Below are positions 8,382 through 18,307 of a DNA stretch of 64,000 nt, in pieces. The notes beneath the pieces are model-generated. The model searched no databases. It saw only the letters and a list, made by a program, of their open reading frames with translations, and had not been told where the DNA came from. Source of the DNA: Planctomycetota bacterium. Lineage in GTDB: Bacteria; Planctomycetota; B15-G4. Location of the stretch: assembly GCA_965248575.1 (NCBI GenBank), contig CBDFJQ010000002.1, forward strand, positions 3,648,001 through 3,712,000. The letters run 5' to 3'. A program made the position numbers and the translations under genes. The first letter of the stretch is position 1, and every line of letters starts with the position of its first letter.

Positions 8382-11171
8382 TCAGTCGTCCGAGAAGGCG
8401 TTGGTCGTGAAGAGCGGCCGGCCCGCCAGCGCCGCGCGGTAGGCCCAGGTGCCGAGCGCCAAGAGCACGGCGAGCGTCACCACCGTGGTGTGCAGATGCC
8501 AGGAGCGCGGGTCGACGGTGAGATCCACCGTGCGCAACAAGCCCTGCACAAAGAAGGCAGAGATGCAGGCCACGATGCCGTAGCGCGTGAGCAGCGCGAG
8601 GAAGAGCAGCATGAAGCCGCAGCTCGCGGCCACAGCGTAGATGGAGTAGTGCGACTCCACCGCCATGGTGGAAGCCAGCGCGGCGACCCAGATCGTCGAC
8701 GCCAACCAGCTGATGCGGATCCACGATCGCAGCAGCATCAGCGTCAACAACAGCAGCAGCGAGATGATGACGGAGTCGCCGGCGATCTTGGCGGCCACGC
8801 CCAGGGTGGCGGTCCAGCTCTCCATGCCGGCCACTGAGCGGGTGGCCATGGCGCCGCCCATGCCGAAGGCGCCCAGGGCGCGGTCGAGGCCGGCCACCAA
8901 CAGCAAACTGGCCAGGGTCGCCACCCCACCCACGAGGATGTCGCGCCCCAGGATGGGGTCGGCGAGGCGGCCCGAGAGCAGCCGCGACCAGGAGATGAGC
9001 ACGGCGGGCCAGCGGCGGCGCGCGAAGGGCTCGAGAGCCAGGTAGAAGACGTAGACGTGCAGGCCGATGAAGGTGCAGTAGCCCAGGGCCGGGACGAGGG
9101 TCGCGGCCCAGGCGCGCACGTCGGCGGTGTGGTCGGCCGTGCCCAACCAGTAGACGAGATGTGTGCAGAAGCCGAACAGGCCGAGGCGCCAGGCGCCCTT
9201 GCGGTCACTGTGTCCGCGGCGCACGTTCTGGAAGGCGAGCAGGGCGCCGGCCGCCAGGATGCTCAGGCCGATCCAGCCCACGGCGTTGGAGCGCCGGGTG
9301 CTGCCCAAGGGCGCCGACTCGATCTCGAGCGGCGCGAGGCTCCCGCGCCGGTGGCGGCTTGTTTCGCCGTCGCTTCGGCCGGCTTCGTTGGCGGACCCCG
9401 TTTCGTTGTCGGTCCCGCTACCAATCGCGGGCCCCTCCTGGCGGGTGGCTGCATAGGCCACGCGCTCAGCGCTTTCGTCGCGCGCTGCGGGGACGACATC
9501 CGGGTCCACGTGGAAGAACACCGGCAGGCCGCTCAGGCCGGCGGCGGTGATGCGCCAGCCGCGCGTGTTCGCCGCGGTGGAGCGCCAAGAGCGCCGTTCG
9601 GAGGCGGGCATGCTGGGCAGGAAGTCCGCGCGCACCGCCTGCCACTCGTCGCGATCAAAACCGGCGGCATGAAAGAGGCGTTCCCACTGCTCGTCACCCA
9701 CCGGGGCCGTCTCGGCCAGCAGCGGGTTCTCATCGGGGCCGCCGGGGACGCTCGCAAAGTGCAGCAGCCGGCCCGTGACGTCGGTGGTCACGGCCACCAT
9801 GCCCGGCACGAGCGGGGCAGGGTCTTCGAAGTTGAGGTGCAGTCCCGCGCGCTGCAAGGCGTTGGGGCTCTGGCGGTAGTGGAAGACCACGGGTGAGGGC
9901 AGGGGGTCGTCGTGGCCCGTGCAGGCGTGGCCATCCGCTCGATGCGCGGAGGCCAGCTTGGCGTCCGTGCCGTACCACTCGCCGTAGTCATTGGGCGGGG
10001 TGTCGTAGCCCACATCGGCCAGCAGGCTTGCGACCCGGTCGCGCAGCACCGCCGGGGGCTGCTCGGCCTGAGAGACCAGTTGCTGGCTGCGGTTGGTGGG
10101 CACCAGCGCCAGCAGCCCACCCAGCAGCAAGACGAAAGCCATGAACAACTTGGTGACGCCGTGCACCGCGGGTGCGGCCTCGGTGCCCGCGCCCGCCACC
10201 AGCTCGGGGGCCGGGGTGTCGCCGCTGGCCAGGGCGGCCGCCAAGGGGTCGCCGCCGGGTAGGGCCAAGGTCACCTGTCGCGCGGAGGCAGGCCGGTTCT
10301 CGGGCTTCTTCTCCACGCACTTCAGGATCGTGCGCACGACGCCGGGGTCCACCTGCTCCAACATGCTCTTGGGCAGCCGCGGCGCCTCCTTCTGCTGCAT
10401 GCGCACATAGTCGCCGAAGCTCTTGCCCTCGAAGGCGCGCTTGCCGCTGAAGATCTCGTAGAGCACGAGACCCAAGGAGTACACATCGCTGCGCACGTCC
10501 ACGTCCTTGCCCAGGATCTGCTCGGGCGACATGTAGGCGGGGGTGCCCATCACGCGGCCGTCGTTCTCCTGGCGCACGAGTTCCGCGAGGCCGAAGTCGG
10601 TGATGCAGACCCGGCCGCGGTTGTCGAGCATCAGGTTGGCGGGCTTCAGGTCCCGGTGCAGCACGCCGCGGTCGTGGGCGGCGTAGAGCCCTTCACAGAT
10701 CTGCTTGCCGATGTCGAGCGCCTTCTCGGCCGGCAGCCGCCCGATGCGCTTGAGCAACTTGTCGAGGTCTTCGCCGTCGACGTACTCCATGGACAGGAAG
10801 GTGCGGCCGTCCGCCTCACCGATGTCGTGCACCCGGGCGACGTTGGGGTGCGTCACCTTGCGAGCCAGGCGCGCCTCGGTCACGAAGCGCTGCATGAGCT
10901 CCGGGTTCTCGGCGGCCTCGATCGGCAGGAACTTCAGCGCCACCTGCTCGTCGAGCACCAGGTCGTCTGCCAGGAAGACCTGGCCCATGCTGCCCTTGCC
11001 CAATAGCGAGACGATGCGGTAGCGACCGGCGAGCACGGCGCCGGGTGCATAGCGCCCGTCGGCGAGGTGGGTGCCGGAACTGCCGGCCCCGGCGTCGGCT
11101 TGGCCGTCGGCCTGGGCAGAGCCCTTCCCCGGCCTGGAGCTGCTGCCATGAGAGGAAGGCGAGCTGGGCAT
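8382..11171 (-). CDS. Hanks-type Ser/Thr kinase with extracytoplasmic domain and polytopic membrane C-terminus
   Basis: LGKGSMG, VALK, HRDLKPAN, DFG, GTPAYMSPE, DVYSLG; one TM after the kinase, soluble domain, then several hydrophobic helices. Confidence 0.92.
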   Translation of the reverse strand: MPSSPSSHGSSSRPGKGSAQADGQADAGAGSSGTHLADGRYAPGAVLAGRYRIVSLLGKGSMGQVFLADDLVLDEQVALKFLPIEAAENPELMQRFVTEARLARKVTHPNVARVHDIGEADGRTFLSMEYVDGEDLDKLLKRIGRLPAEKALDIGKQICEGLYAAHDRGVLHRDLKPANLMLDNRGRVCITDFGLAELVRQENDGRVMGTPAYMSPEQILGKDVDVRSDVYSLGLVLYEIFSGKRAFEGKSFGDYVRMQQKEAPRLPKSMLEQVDPGVVRTILKCVEKKPENRPASARQVTLALPGGDPLAAALASGDTPAPELVAGAGTEAAPAVHGVTKLFMAFVLLLGGLLALVPTNRSQQLVSQAEQPPAVLRDRVASLLADVGYDTPPNDYGEWYGTDAKLASAHRADGHACTGHDDPLPSPVVFHYRQSPNALQRAGLHLNFEDPAPLVPGMVAVTTDVTGRLLHFASVPGGPDENPLLAETAPVGDEQWERLFHAAGFDRDEWQAVRADFLPSMPASERRSWRSTAANTRGWRITAAGLSGLPVFFHVDPDVVPAARDESAERVAYAATRQEGPAIGSGTDNETGSANEAGRSDGETSRHRRGSLAPLEIESAPLGSTRRSNAVGWIGLSILAAGALLAFQNVRRGHSDRKGAWRLGLFGFCTHLVYWLGTADHTADVRAWAATLVPALGYCTFIGLHVYVFYLALEPFARRRWPAVLISWSRLLSGRLADPILGRDILVGGVATLASLLLVAGLDRALGAFGMGGAMATRSVAGMESWTATLGVAAKIAGDSVIISLLLLLTLMLLRSWIRISWLASTIWVAALASTMAVESHYSIYAVAASCGFMLLFLALLTRYGIVACISAFFVQGLLRTVDLTVDPRSWHLHTTVVTLAVLLALGTWAYRAALAGRPLFTTNAFSDD

Positions 11172-11349
11172 GGCGAGCGGTCGTGGCGGGGCGCAGGTGA
11201 ACTCGCCGACCCCGCCGTGGGGGTTCGACGCAGGCCCACACAGGTGGGGCCCAGCCCTCTTTCATCGGGTTTCGGACCGGGGGTTCTGGAATCCTGTTTT
11301 CGGGCGCTATCGGTCTGCCTCGACCCATCGTTTGCCCGCCTTCTCAGGG

Positions 11350-13677
11350 TCAGAGATCGAGGGGTAGCTCGACGATGAAGGAACCACCCCAGTAGTGCTC
11401 GACATCGGGCTGTTCCAGGGCGACTTCCCGGGAGGAACGAAAGCGGAGACGCACGCTGTCCACCTCTCCGGCAGCGAGGGCTGAAAGGTAGGCCTGATGC
11501 TCGGGGCTGATGTTGCTGGCCGCCCCTGCCTCCGCTGCTTTCGGCGCGTCGAAGGCGAACAAGAAGCTGCGGCTCATGTCGTCGATGGGAGGGATGGGTC
11601 CCATGGAAAAGGGCGCCGTACCCAAGGGGACGTCGCTGTCGGGTGCCAACAACTCCACGCCGAAGCAAGCGGGCACGGTCGTGGGGCTTTGGTTTCCGAA
11701 GGTCACGAACAGCTGTGCCGCCTTGTCCGCCATGGACTCCCAGTCGTTGAGGCGGACGCGGTCCGGGGTGAAGGCCTTCTGCATGGCGACGTCGGTCAGC
11801 GGGTCGCTCACCCGAACGGGGTAATCGTCGGGATAGGTGTCGCCAATGAGCAGGGTGCGCGGCTGGAAGACACGCACCACTTCGGTGCCCTTGAAGTTGC
11901 CGTCCTGTGAGGCGCCGTCTGTGTGTTGCACCCGGAGCGTGGCGCTCACCTTCAGGGTGACGAACTCCTTGTGCAGGTGTCCTTCCAGGAGCTCTCCGAG
12001 GGATGGCCTGAACACCCAGTTGCTTGGGCTGTCTGTACCGGCCTCGCTGAAGCCTTGCTTGGGAGGAGAGGCCCGGAACATGAAGCCTCCCGTGCTCTTC
12101 TCTTCACCATCCACGAGGAGGGAGAGGCTCATCCCCACCCAAGTGTCGGGCGGCAGTCCGGGGTCGCTGCGCTGCCATGCCACGTTGATCTTTCCGGGCG
12201 CGTCGCGGGCCACCAGCGAGCGCACGTGAAGCGTGGGCTGGAACCAGGTGTCGAGCACCTCTTCGCCGTCGGGCAACAGGCCGTCCGCCATGAGCATGAG
12301 TTGCTCGGTGGAGGGCGCGTTGGACGTCAGCTCGTTGGGATCGGCCGAAACTCCGCTGAGCAGCAGGAAGAGGGTGCTCACCGTGGCCAGGGTGCCCATC
12401 AGGGCGAGCACGACCAGCAGCGCCGTGAGGATCGGGTGGCGGCGCCACCAGGCTCGCGCTGCAGTTCCACCGCCCACGAGACGTTGGGAGAGCTTCGGCA
12501 CGCCGGGCGGCAGTTGGGTTGGGTGGGCCAGGGCGTCGCGCAGGGCCGTGGCAAAGTCGCCCGCGCGGCGGAAGCGCTGCTCGGGCTCGTGGTTCAGGGC
12601 TTTGTGCACGACCGCTTCGAGCGCGGGGGGCACGCCGGGCAGGGCCTCCGAGAGAGGCACGAGTTGGCCATCACCCATGGCGGAGATGAGGGCGTTGCGG
12701 CTGGCGCCCGCATAGGGCAAGCGCAGGGCGAGCAGCTCGTAGAGGGTGACGCCCACGGAGTAGATGTCCGTGCGCGCATCGAGCGGTGCCTCGCGCCGGA
12801 AGGCCTGCTCGGGGCTCATGTAGAGCGGTGAACCGAAGACCTCGCCGGTGACCGTCAGCTCGGTGGCTGCGAGGTCGAGGGCCAGGCCGAAGTCCGTGAG
12901 CCGCGGCGTGCCGTCTGCCTCGGTCAGGATGTTCCCCGGCTTCACGTCGCGGTGCACGATGCCTTCGGCGTGGGCGTAGTCGAGGGCGTCGAGCACCTTG
13001 GCCATGAGCTGCACGGCCCACTCGATGCGTTCGGCGTCCGAGTGCGGCAGCGCGTCGGGGTAGGGCAGCTCGCAGTGGACCGTGTTGCCGCTCGTCGCGG
13101 GATCCGACGCAGCTGCCGACGCCGAGACCGTGGGCAACCCCGCCTCGCTCACCGTCGGCTCACTCTCATCTCGCTCCTGTTTCCAAAGCCGCAGAAGGTC
13201 CGCGAGCGAGCAGCCATCCACGAACTCCATGGCGAAGAAGGGCGCGCCCCCTGCTTCGCCGACGCTGTAGACCGGCACGATGTTCGGGTGCCGCAGCCGA
13301 CCCGCCGCCGCGGACTCGCGCTGGAAGCGCTTCAACAGGCGCCGGTCCTGGCGCAGGGCGGGCGGCAGGATCTTCAAAGCCACCGGCCGGTTGAGGGGCA
13401 TCTGCAGCGCGCGGTAGACCACGCCCATGCCGCCGCGCCCGATCTCCGGGCCGATCTCGTATTCGCCCAAGCGCACGGGCTTGTCGAGGGCCGGGTCCGG
13501 CGGCACCTCCAGCACATTCAGGATCTGGAAGAAGCGCTGCAGGGGCTCGGCGTGTTCCGGGTGGCGGCCAACCCAGGTGCCCTGCTCGACGGGCTCACCG
13601 GCGTGCAGCCGATTCAGGATGTGGTCCTGGATGTCTTCCAGGGGGCTCCCGGGCGGCGGTGTCTGGGTGTCAGCCAT
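11350..13677 (-). CDS. Hanks-type Ser/Thr kinase, membrane-anchored, adjacent to an ECF sigma factor
   Basis: IGRGGMGVVY, VALK, HRDVKPGN, DFG, GSPLYMSPE, DIYSVG; TM ILTALLVVLALMG... Start at ATG 13677 (alternative TTG 13689). Confidence 0.92.
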   Translation of the reverse strand: MADTQTPPPGSPLEDIQDHILNRLHAGEPVEQGTWVGRHPEHAEPLQRFFQILNVLEVPPDPALDKPVRLGEYEIGPEIGRGGMGVVYRALQMPLNRPVALKILPPALRQDRRLLKRFQRESAAAGRLRHPNIVPVYSVGEAGGAPFFAMEFVDGCSLADLLRLWKQERDESEPTVSEAGLPTVSASAAASDPATSGNTVHCELPYPDALPHSDAERIEWAVQLMAKVLDALDYAHAEGIVHRDVKPGNILTEADGTPRLTDFGLALDLAATELTVTGEVFGSPLYMSPEQAFRREAPLDARTDIYSVGVTLYELLALRLPYAGASRNALISAMGDGQLVPLSEALPGVPPALEAVVHKALNHEPEQRFRRAGDFATALRDALAHPTQLPPGVPKLSQRLVGGGTAARAWWRRHPILTALLVVLALMGTLATVSTLFLLLSGVSADPNELTSNAPSTEQLMLMADGLLPDGEEVLDTWFQPTLHVRSLVARDAPGKINVAWQRSDPGLPPDTWVGMSLSLLVDGEEKSTGGFMFRASPPKQGFSEAGTDSPSNWVFRPSLGELLEGHLHKEFVTLKVSATLRVQHTDGASQDGNFKGTEVVRVFQPRTLLIGDTYPDDYPVRVSDPLTDVAMQKAFTPDRVRLNDWESMADKAAQLFVTFGNQSPTTVPACFGVELLAPDSDVPLGTAPFSMGPIPPIDDMSRSFLFAFDAPKAAEAGAASNISPEHQAYLSALAAGEVDSVRLRFRSSREVALEQPDVEHYWGGSFIVELPLDL

Positions 13678-13857
13678 GGGGGTTTCCAATGCAGCGTGGG
13701 GGTCGGAGGGGTCGACTGGCCTTCCTCAGGTGGTGGAGGGGTGGGCCTGTCTTGTTCCATGGCGGCCTCGGTGCAAAAGGTCGCGCAGCTGCGTGGAAAA
13801 AAGTGGGGTGGAGTGGTGGGGTGGTGGAGTGAAGGGGTGGAGCGGGGTCGGGGGGGC

Positions 13858-14421
13858 TCAACCCGCCGTCATGGCTCGCGAGAGGGCGTCCAGGCCGCGG
13901 GAGACGAGGGCTTTCACCGCAGGTTGGGTGCTCTCCAAACGCTCGGCGGTTTCCGCCAGGGACAGGCCGCCGAGGTAGCGCAGGCGCACGGCCTCGGCCT
14001 GGCGTTCGGGCAGCTTGGCGAGGGCGGCCTCGATACGAGCGGCGCCTTCGTCTGCCATGGCGAAGCGGCTGGGAGTCGCGCTGTTGCCCAGCTGCGCGTC
14101 GGTCGCCAGGCGGGTCTCCAGCGCGCGCTTCTTGGCGCGCCCCGCACGGCGCGCCTCTGACAACTTGTAGCGGGCGATCTCCACCAGCCAGCGGTAGAAG
14201 GAGAAGGGACCCCGCGCCTCGAAGCTGTCGATCTTGCGCGCCGACTCGAGCAGGGTCTCCTGCAGGATGTCCTCGGCCGAGGTGCGGCCCGCGAGGGGCT
14301 GCGACATGCTCACGCGGATGAAGCCCAGCAGCCGCCCCGCGTGTCGAGCGTAGAGGTCGTCGAGGGCCTGGCGGTCGCCGAGACGGGCGGCGTCGAGCAG
14401 GTAGGTGGTCTCGGAGGTCAC
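13858..14421 (-). CDS. ECF-type RNA polymerase sigma-70 factor
   Basis: Region 2 ALDDLYARH...SAEDILQETLL...FYRWLVEIA; region 4 LPERQAEAVRLRY.GGLSLAETAERL...AVKALVSRG. Start moved to GTG 14421. Confidence 0.92.
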   Translation of the reverse strand: MTSETTYLLDAARLGDRQALDDLYARHAGRLLGFIRVSMSQPLAGRTSAEDILQETLLESARKIDSFEARGPFSFYRWLVEIARYKLSEARRAGRAKKRALETRLATDAQLGNSATPSRFAMADEGAARIEAALAKLPERQAEAVRLRYLGGLSLAETAERLESTQPAVKALVSRGLDALSRAMTAG

Positions 14422-14723
14422 GGGCTCACGATGGACTGGAGTCAGCCGCCCGGCAAGATGAAGCTGGTCGTCATTCCGACGGCGAAGGGTGGCAATGCCT
14501 TCTGCGGGCTCGTGGCGCACAGCAGGGCCTCTCACTGAGCGAGGCAGGATGACGTGCCGATCAGAGTCAGAGAGACCAGGTACAGCAGTGTGCCGCGCTC
14601 AACCCCCAGGTTTGACAAGAGGGTGGACAGGGTCCAGAAGCCCACGCGCGGCAGTAGATTGGCGGCCGACCCGTCGGCACTGCCATAAGACACTCCGCTC
14701 CTACGTTGCTGTAGAGACCCGCC

Positions 14724-16067
14724 ATGGATGAGAAGCCCCACGACGCCAAACACAGCACGGTCAATAGTTCCCCTGCGCGAAGCTGGTTGCGCCTGCTCGC
14801 GTCCGCCGCCTTCGCCTACGGCTTGCTCGAACTCGTGGTGCAGGTGGCCTGGTCGCCGGAGGTCGTACTGCGCGTAGACAACCTGGGGCAAGAGGTCTCG
14901 GCGGACGCCATGTCCAGCGAAGCGTTGCAGGCCGCGCGGGAGCAGGCGGGCCTCGGCTTCCGCGATCCCAGCCAGAGCGTGCACCCTTATCTGGGCTTCG
15001 TGTATGTACCAACCGAGGAGCGCGGCGCGGGGGCCGCGGGCATGTTCCCCATCTCCGAGGAGGGCTTCCTGACTGCGGGTTCGGTCGTGCGCAAGCGTGG
15101 GCCAGGCAAGTTGGTGATCGGTCTCACGGGCGGATCGGTGGCGGGGCAGCTGGGGTCCTTCTACGCCGACTTCTTGAAGACGGCCATGCATGCGCACGAG
15201 GTCTTCGCCGACCGCGAGTTGGAGTTCGTGTGGATGGGCATGCCCGGCTACCACCAGCCGCAGCAGGCGATCCTGCTCAACTACCTGTTGGCCCAGGGGG
15301 CCGAGTTCGACGCCTTCGTGAACCTGGACGGTTTCAACGAGATCGCCGTGGGCCCGGTGCTCAACGCGCCGCGCGGCACGCACCCCTTGTTCCCCATGAA
15401 CTGGAGCATGGTGGCGCTGGACGTGCCCGACCTGCGGGTGCGGCGCACGGTGGGGGCCATCGAGCACCTGATTCGCGCTCGGCGGGAGGCGGCGTTGGCC
15501 TTCGCGGACTCGGGCTGGGCCTGGTCACCCCTGGCGCGCCTGCTGAACGTGCGCGAGGACGAGCGGGTTTCGGAGCGCATTGCGGCCTTCGAGGCCGAGC
15601 TGACGTCGTTGCCCCTGGACGAGGTGCCATGGTTCGTGCGCGGACCCGCGCGGGATCACGGCCCGCTGGAAGAGCTGGTGGCCGAGGGCGCCCGGGTCTG
15701 GGAGCGCTGCTCACGTCAACTCGAGGCGCTGTGCCGGGCGAACGGCATCCGCTACGTGCACGTGTTGCAGCCAAACCAGTACGACACGGGGTCGAAGGAG
15801 CTGAACGAGTTCGAGCTGGAGGCCGCTTGGGATGACGAGTCGCCCTACAAGTCCGCGGTGGAGCAGGGGTATCCGTTGCTGCGGGAGGCCGGTAAGCGCC
15901 TCGTCGCGCAGGACGGCATCGTCTTCTGCGACCTGAGTGGGATCTTCCAGCAGGTGTCGGGCCCGGTCTACTCGGACGCCTGCTGCCACTACAACACCGA
16001 GGGCAACCGCTTGCTGTCGGTGGGCATGGCGGCGGCGCTGGCGGAGGCGTTCGAGGGGCAGGGCTGA
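14724..16067 (+). CDS. Membrane-anchored SGNH/GDSL-like hypothetical hydrolase
   Basis: N-terminal TM; block I-like GLTGGSVA, block III-like LDGFNE, block V-like YSDACCHY. Confidence 0.65.
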   Translation: MDEKPHDAKHSTVNSSPARSWLRLLASAAFAYGLLELVVQVAWSPEVVLRVDNLGQEVSADAMSSEALQAAREQAGLGFRDPSQSVHPYLGFVYVPTEERGAGAAGMFPISEEGFLTAGSVVRKRGPGKLVIGLTGGSVAGQLGSFYADFLKTAMHAHEVFADRELEFVWMGMPGYHQPQQAILLNYLLAQGAEFDAFVNLDGFNEIAVGPVLNAPRGTHPLFPMNWSMVALDVPDLRVRRTVGAIEHLIRARREAALAFADSGWAWSPLARLLNVREDERVSERIAAFEAELTSLPLDEVPWFVRGPARDHGPLEELVAEGARVWERCSRQLEALCRANGIRYVHVLQPNQYDTGSKELNEFELEAAWDDESPYKSAVEQGYPLLREAGKRLVAQDGIVFCDLSGIFQQVSGPVYSDACCHYNTEGNRLLSVGMAAALAEAFEGQG

Positions 16068-16098
16068 GTGAAGAAGGGCGTTGCGGGCAAGGGCCCGG

Positions 16099-17628
16099 TC
16101 AGTCGTCCCCGACGACCCAGGCCAGGCGACCGTGGAGGTAGTCGAAGACCAGCGTGGCGTCGCCGATCAGCGACAGGCCGATGTTGCCGTCGGTGTAGGC
16201 GCTGGCGAAGGCGCCCACCTCGGCGGTGGCGAAGCGGGCTGGCAGGTCCTCGAAGCGATGGCCGGCCACTTCGAGGGAGGTGATGTCCGCGTTCCACACC
16301 TTCGCGCTGCCGCCCACGCCCTGGCTGCGCGAACCTCGCAACTCCCGGCCTTCCAGGAGGTCGAGCCGCGCCACGGTGGGTGCATGGAAGGTGACGAAGT
16401 CCCCGGCGCCCGTGTCCAGATGGAAGAGGCCCTCGTGCTGGTCGAGGAAACGGCCGCGCAGGGTGGGGATGTTCTCGTCGAGCAGGAGTTCGTGCCAGGT
16501 GGCGTCCTGGAGCCCATACGTCTCCGGGTCGTACACGGCGATGCGGTCCGCCGAGGGCGTGTGCTCGACCACGGCGTGCGCCAGGATGTCGTAGCCGACG
16601 ATGCCGGCGACCGGCACGCCGAAGGGCTCCTCCAGGAAGGCCAGGTCGATTTCGACGAAGACGGGCTCCGCGAGGGTCAGCGGACCCAGGCCGAGGGGCG
16701 GGCCCCGGCGGAGCCGCGCGGTGGAGGTTCCCGAGGCGCCCACGGCCACCACCTCGCCCCGCACCGGCATGGCGTGGGTGTCCGCCACCGAAGGCGTGAT
16801 GACGAGGCCGCCCGCGCCGCTGTCGAAGATGAACCAGCCGCTGTCGTCATCGCCGATGCGGGCGCGCACGAGCTGGTGTCCCGTGCGCACGCGGAAGACC
16901 TCGAGCTCCGGCGCGATGTCGGCGTCGAAGGCGTGCGCCATCGTGCTTCCGGGCTCCAGCGTGAAGAGGGCCGGGTCGTCGTCGATCCAGCGAGCGTTCT
17001 CGACGGCGTAGTGGTTTGCGACGGCTCCGTCCTGCAGCTCATCCAGGCGATGGGGGAACCACCGGCCGTCGACCTGGCGCCAGTCGTCGAGGGTCCAGCG
17101 GGTGCCGCTGGCCTCCGAGGGGCGCACGAAGCTCGCCAGACGAGCGTTCTCGAGGGTCGCGTGGGCGAGGGTCGGTGAGCCACTCCAGCGCACGTCGAGG
17201 TGGGCGGGCTCCGTGGCGTCGGGGAGGCTGATGGAGAGGTCGGCGTCGGGGTCCAACCACTGGCCGCCGAGCAGGGCAGCCACGAGGCGCGCGTCGTCGG
17301 CCTCGGCGAGGATCGGCGCCCGCGTCACGCCTTGGCGGTCGGTGCCCATCAGGCGTTCTCCGTCGAAGGCCACGACGAACCCCAGCTCGTGCTCCACCTC
17401 CATGCGGAAGCGGCCGTCGGGGGCGAAGGCGAACTGGAAGCGGCCGTCGAGGCCGGCGTAGTGGGCGCTCCCCTCGCAGGCGAGGACCTTTCCGTCGGGG
17501 GGCGCTGCCTCGCCCAGCGTGGCGGCACGGACGCGGCGCAGGACGTCGTCCACGGAGTCGGAGCCGACCTGGGGCAGCAAGGCGACGGCGAGGCCGAGGG
17601 CCAGGTGGAGGGTCTGGATGGTGACCAT
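16099..17628 (-). CDS. Secreted protein with two aspartyl-protease (retropepsin-like) domains
   Basis: Signal peptide; FIFDSGAG...GIVGYDIL and HLDTGAG...GNIG. Confidence 0.85.
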   Translation of the reverse strand: MVTIQTLHLALGLAVALLPQVGSDSVDDVLRRVRAATLGEAAPPDGKVLACEGSAHYAGLDGRFQFAFAPDGRFRMEVEHELGFVVAFDGERLMGTDRQGVTRAPILAEADDARLVAALLGGQWLDPDADLSISLPDATEPAHLDVRWSGSPTLAHATLENARLASFVRPSEASGTRWTLDDWRQVDGRWFPHRLDELQDGAVANHYAVENARWIDDDPALFTLEPGSTMAHAFDADIAPELEVFRVRTGHQLVRARIGDDDSGWFIFDSGAGGLVITPSVADTHAMPVRGEVVAVGASGTSTARLRRGPPLGLGPLTLAEPVFVEIDLAFLEEPFGVPVAGIVGYDILAHAVVEHTPSADRIAVYDPETYGLQDATWHELLLDENIPTLRGRFLDQHEGLFHLDTGAGDFVTFHAPTVARLDLLEGRELRGSRSQGVGGSAKVWNADITSLEVAGHRFEDLPARFATAEVGAFASAYTDGNIGLSLIGDATLVFDYLHGRLAWVVGDD

Positions 17629-17669
17629 GGCTGCTTCTCAGGGGGCGGGGTGGACTCTCGTTCGTTAAT

Positions 17670-17695
17670 GTTCAATAATCTAATCACATTTGAAC
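17670..17695. promoter_or_regulatory. Inverted repeat GTTCAA-N14-TTGAAC in an AT-rich divergent promoter region
   Basis: GTTCAA TAATCTAATCACAT TTGAAC between the divergent protease and HTH regulator genes. Confidence 0.5.
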
Positions 17696-17716
17696 CACGC
17701 TGACGAGGGCCAACCC

Positions 17717-18307
17717 ATGGCGAGACGACGACCGCGAATCCAGCGCGTGGACGGCATCGAGGCTGTCCGGCTGCTGGCTTCCCCTGTGCGCATGGAGATC
17801 CTCAACAGCCTGGCGGGGGTCCGGCGGGCCTCCATCGCCGAGCTGGGCAAGCTGCTGGGCCGGGCCCCGAGTTCGCTCTACCACCACGTGGCCCAGCTGG
17901 TGGAGGCGGGTCTGATCTTGGAGGGCGGGCGTCGTCCGACGGGGGCCCATGACGAGCTCGTCTACGAGGCTGCCGCGGATGAAATCGGACTGGCCCACGA
18001 TCCGGCGGACGCCGAGCTCTCGGCGGCCATCGCCGACGCCATGGCTGCCAACCTGCGTGCTGCCGAGCGCGACTTCCGCGCCGCCCTCTGCGAGGGCACC
18101 GGCCGCGTGCGGGGCCGGGGCAAGGACACCTTCGGCGGTCGCTACAAGGGTTGGCTGGAGGAGGCTGATCGGCGGGAGCTCTTCGAGCACGTGGAGGCCA
18201 TCGCGACGATCTTCGGCCGCCGGCAGGGCTCGACCGGGGGCCGGCTCGTGACGGCGACCATCGCGACCTGTCCGGCGGCGGTGAAGCGCCAGCGGAGGGA
18301 GCGGTGA
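17717..18307 (+). CDS. ArsR-like winged HTH transcriptional regulator
   Basis: LLASPVRMEILNSL...ASIAELGKLLGRAPSSLYHHVAQLVEAGLI. Start at ATG 17717. Confidence 0.85.
   Translation: MARRRPRIQRVDGIEAVRLLASPVRMEILNSLAGVRRASIAELGKLLGRAPSSLYHHVAQLVEAGLILEGGRRPTGAHDELVYEAAADEIGLAHDPADAELSAAIADAMAANLRAAERDFRAALCEGTGRVRGRGKDTFGGRYKGWLEEADRRELFEHVEAIATIFGRRQGSTGGRLVTATIATCPAAVKRQRRER

Noticed and set aside
11172..11349. GGGTTCGA-containing intergenic sequence as a tRNA fragment or att site
   Set aside because: No cloverleaf, no CCA and no extended match to either tRNA.
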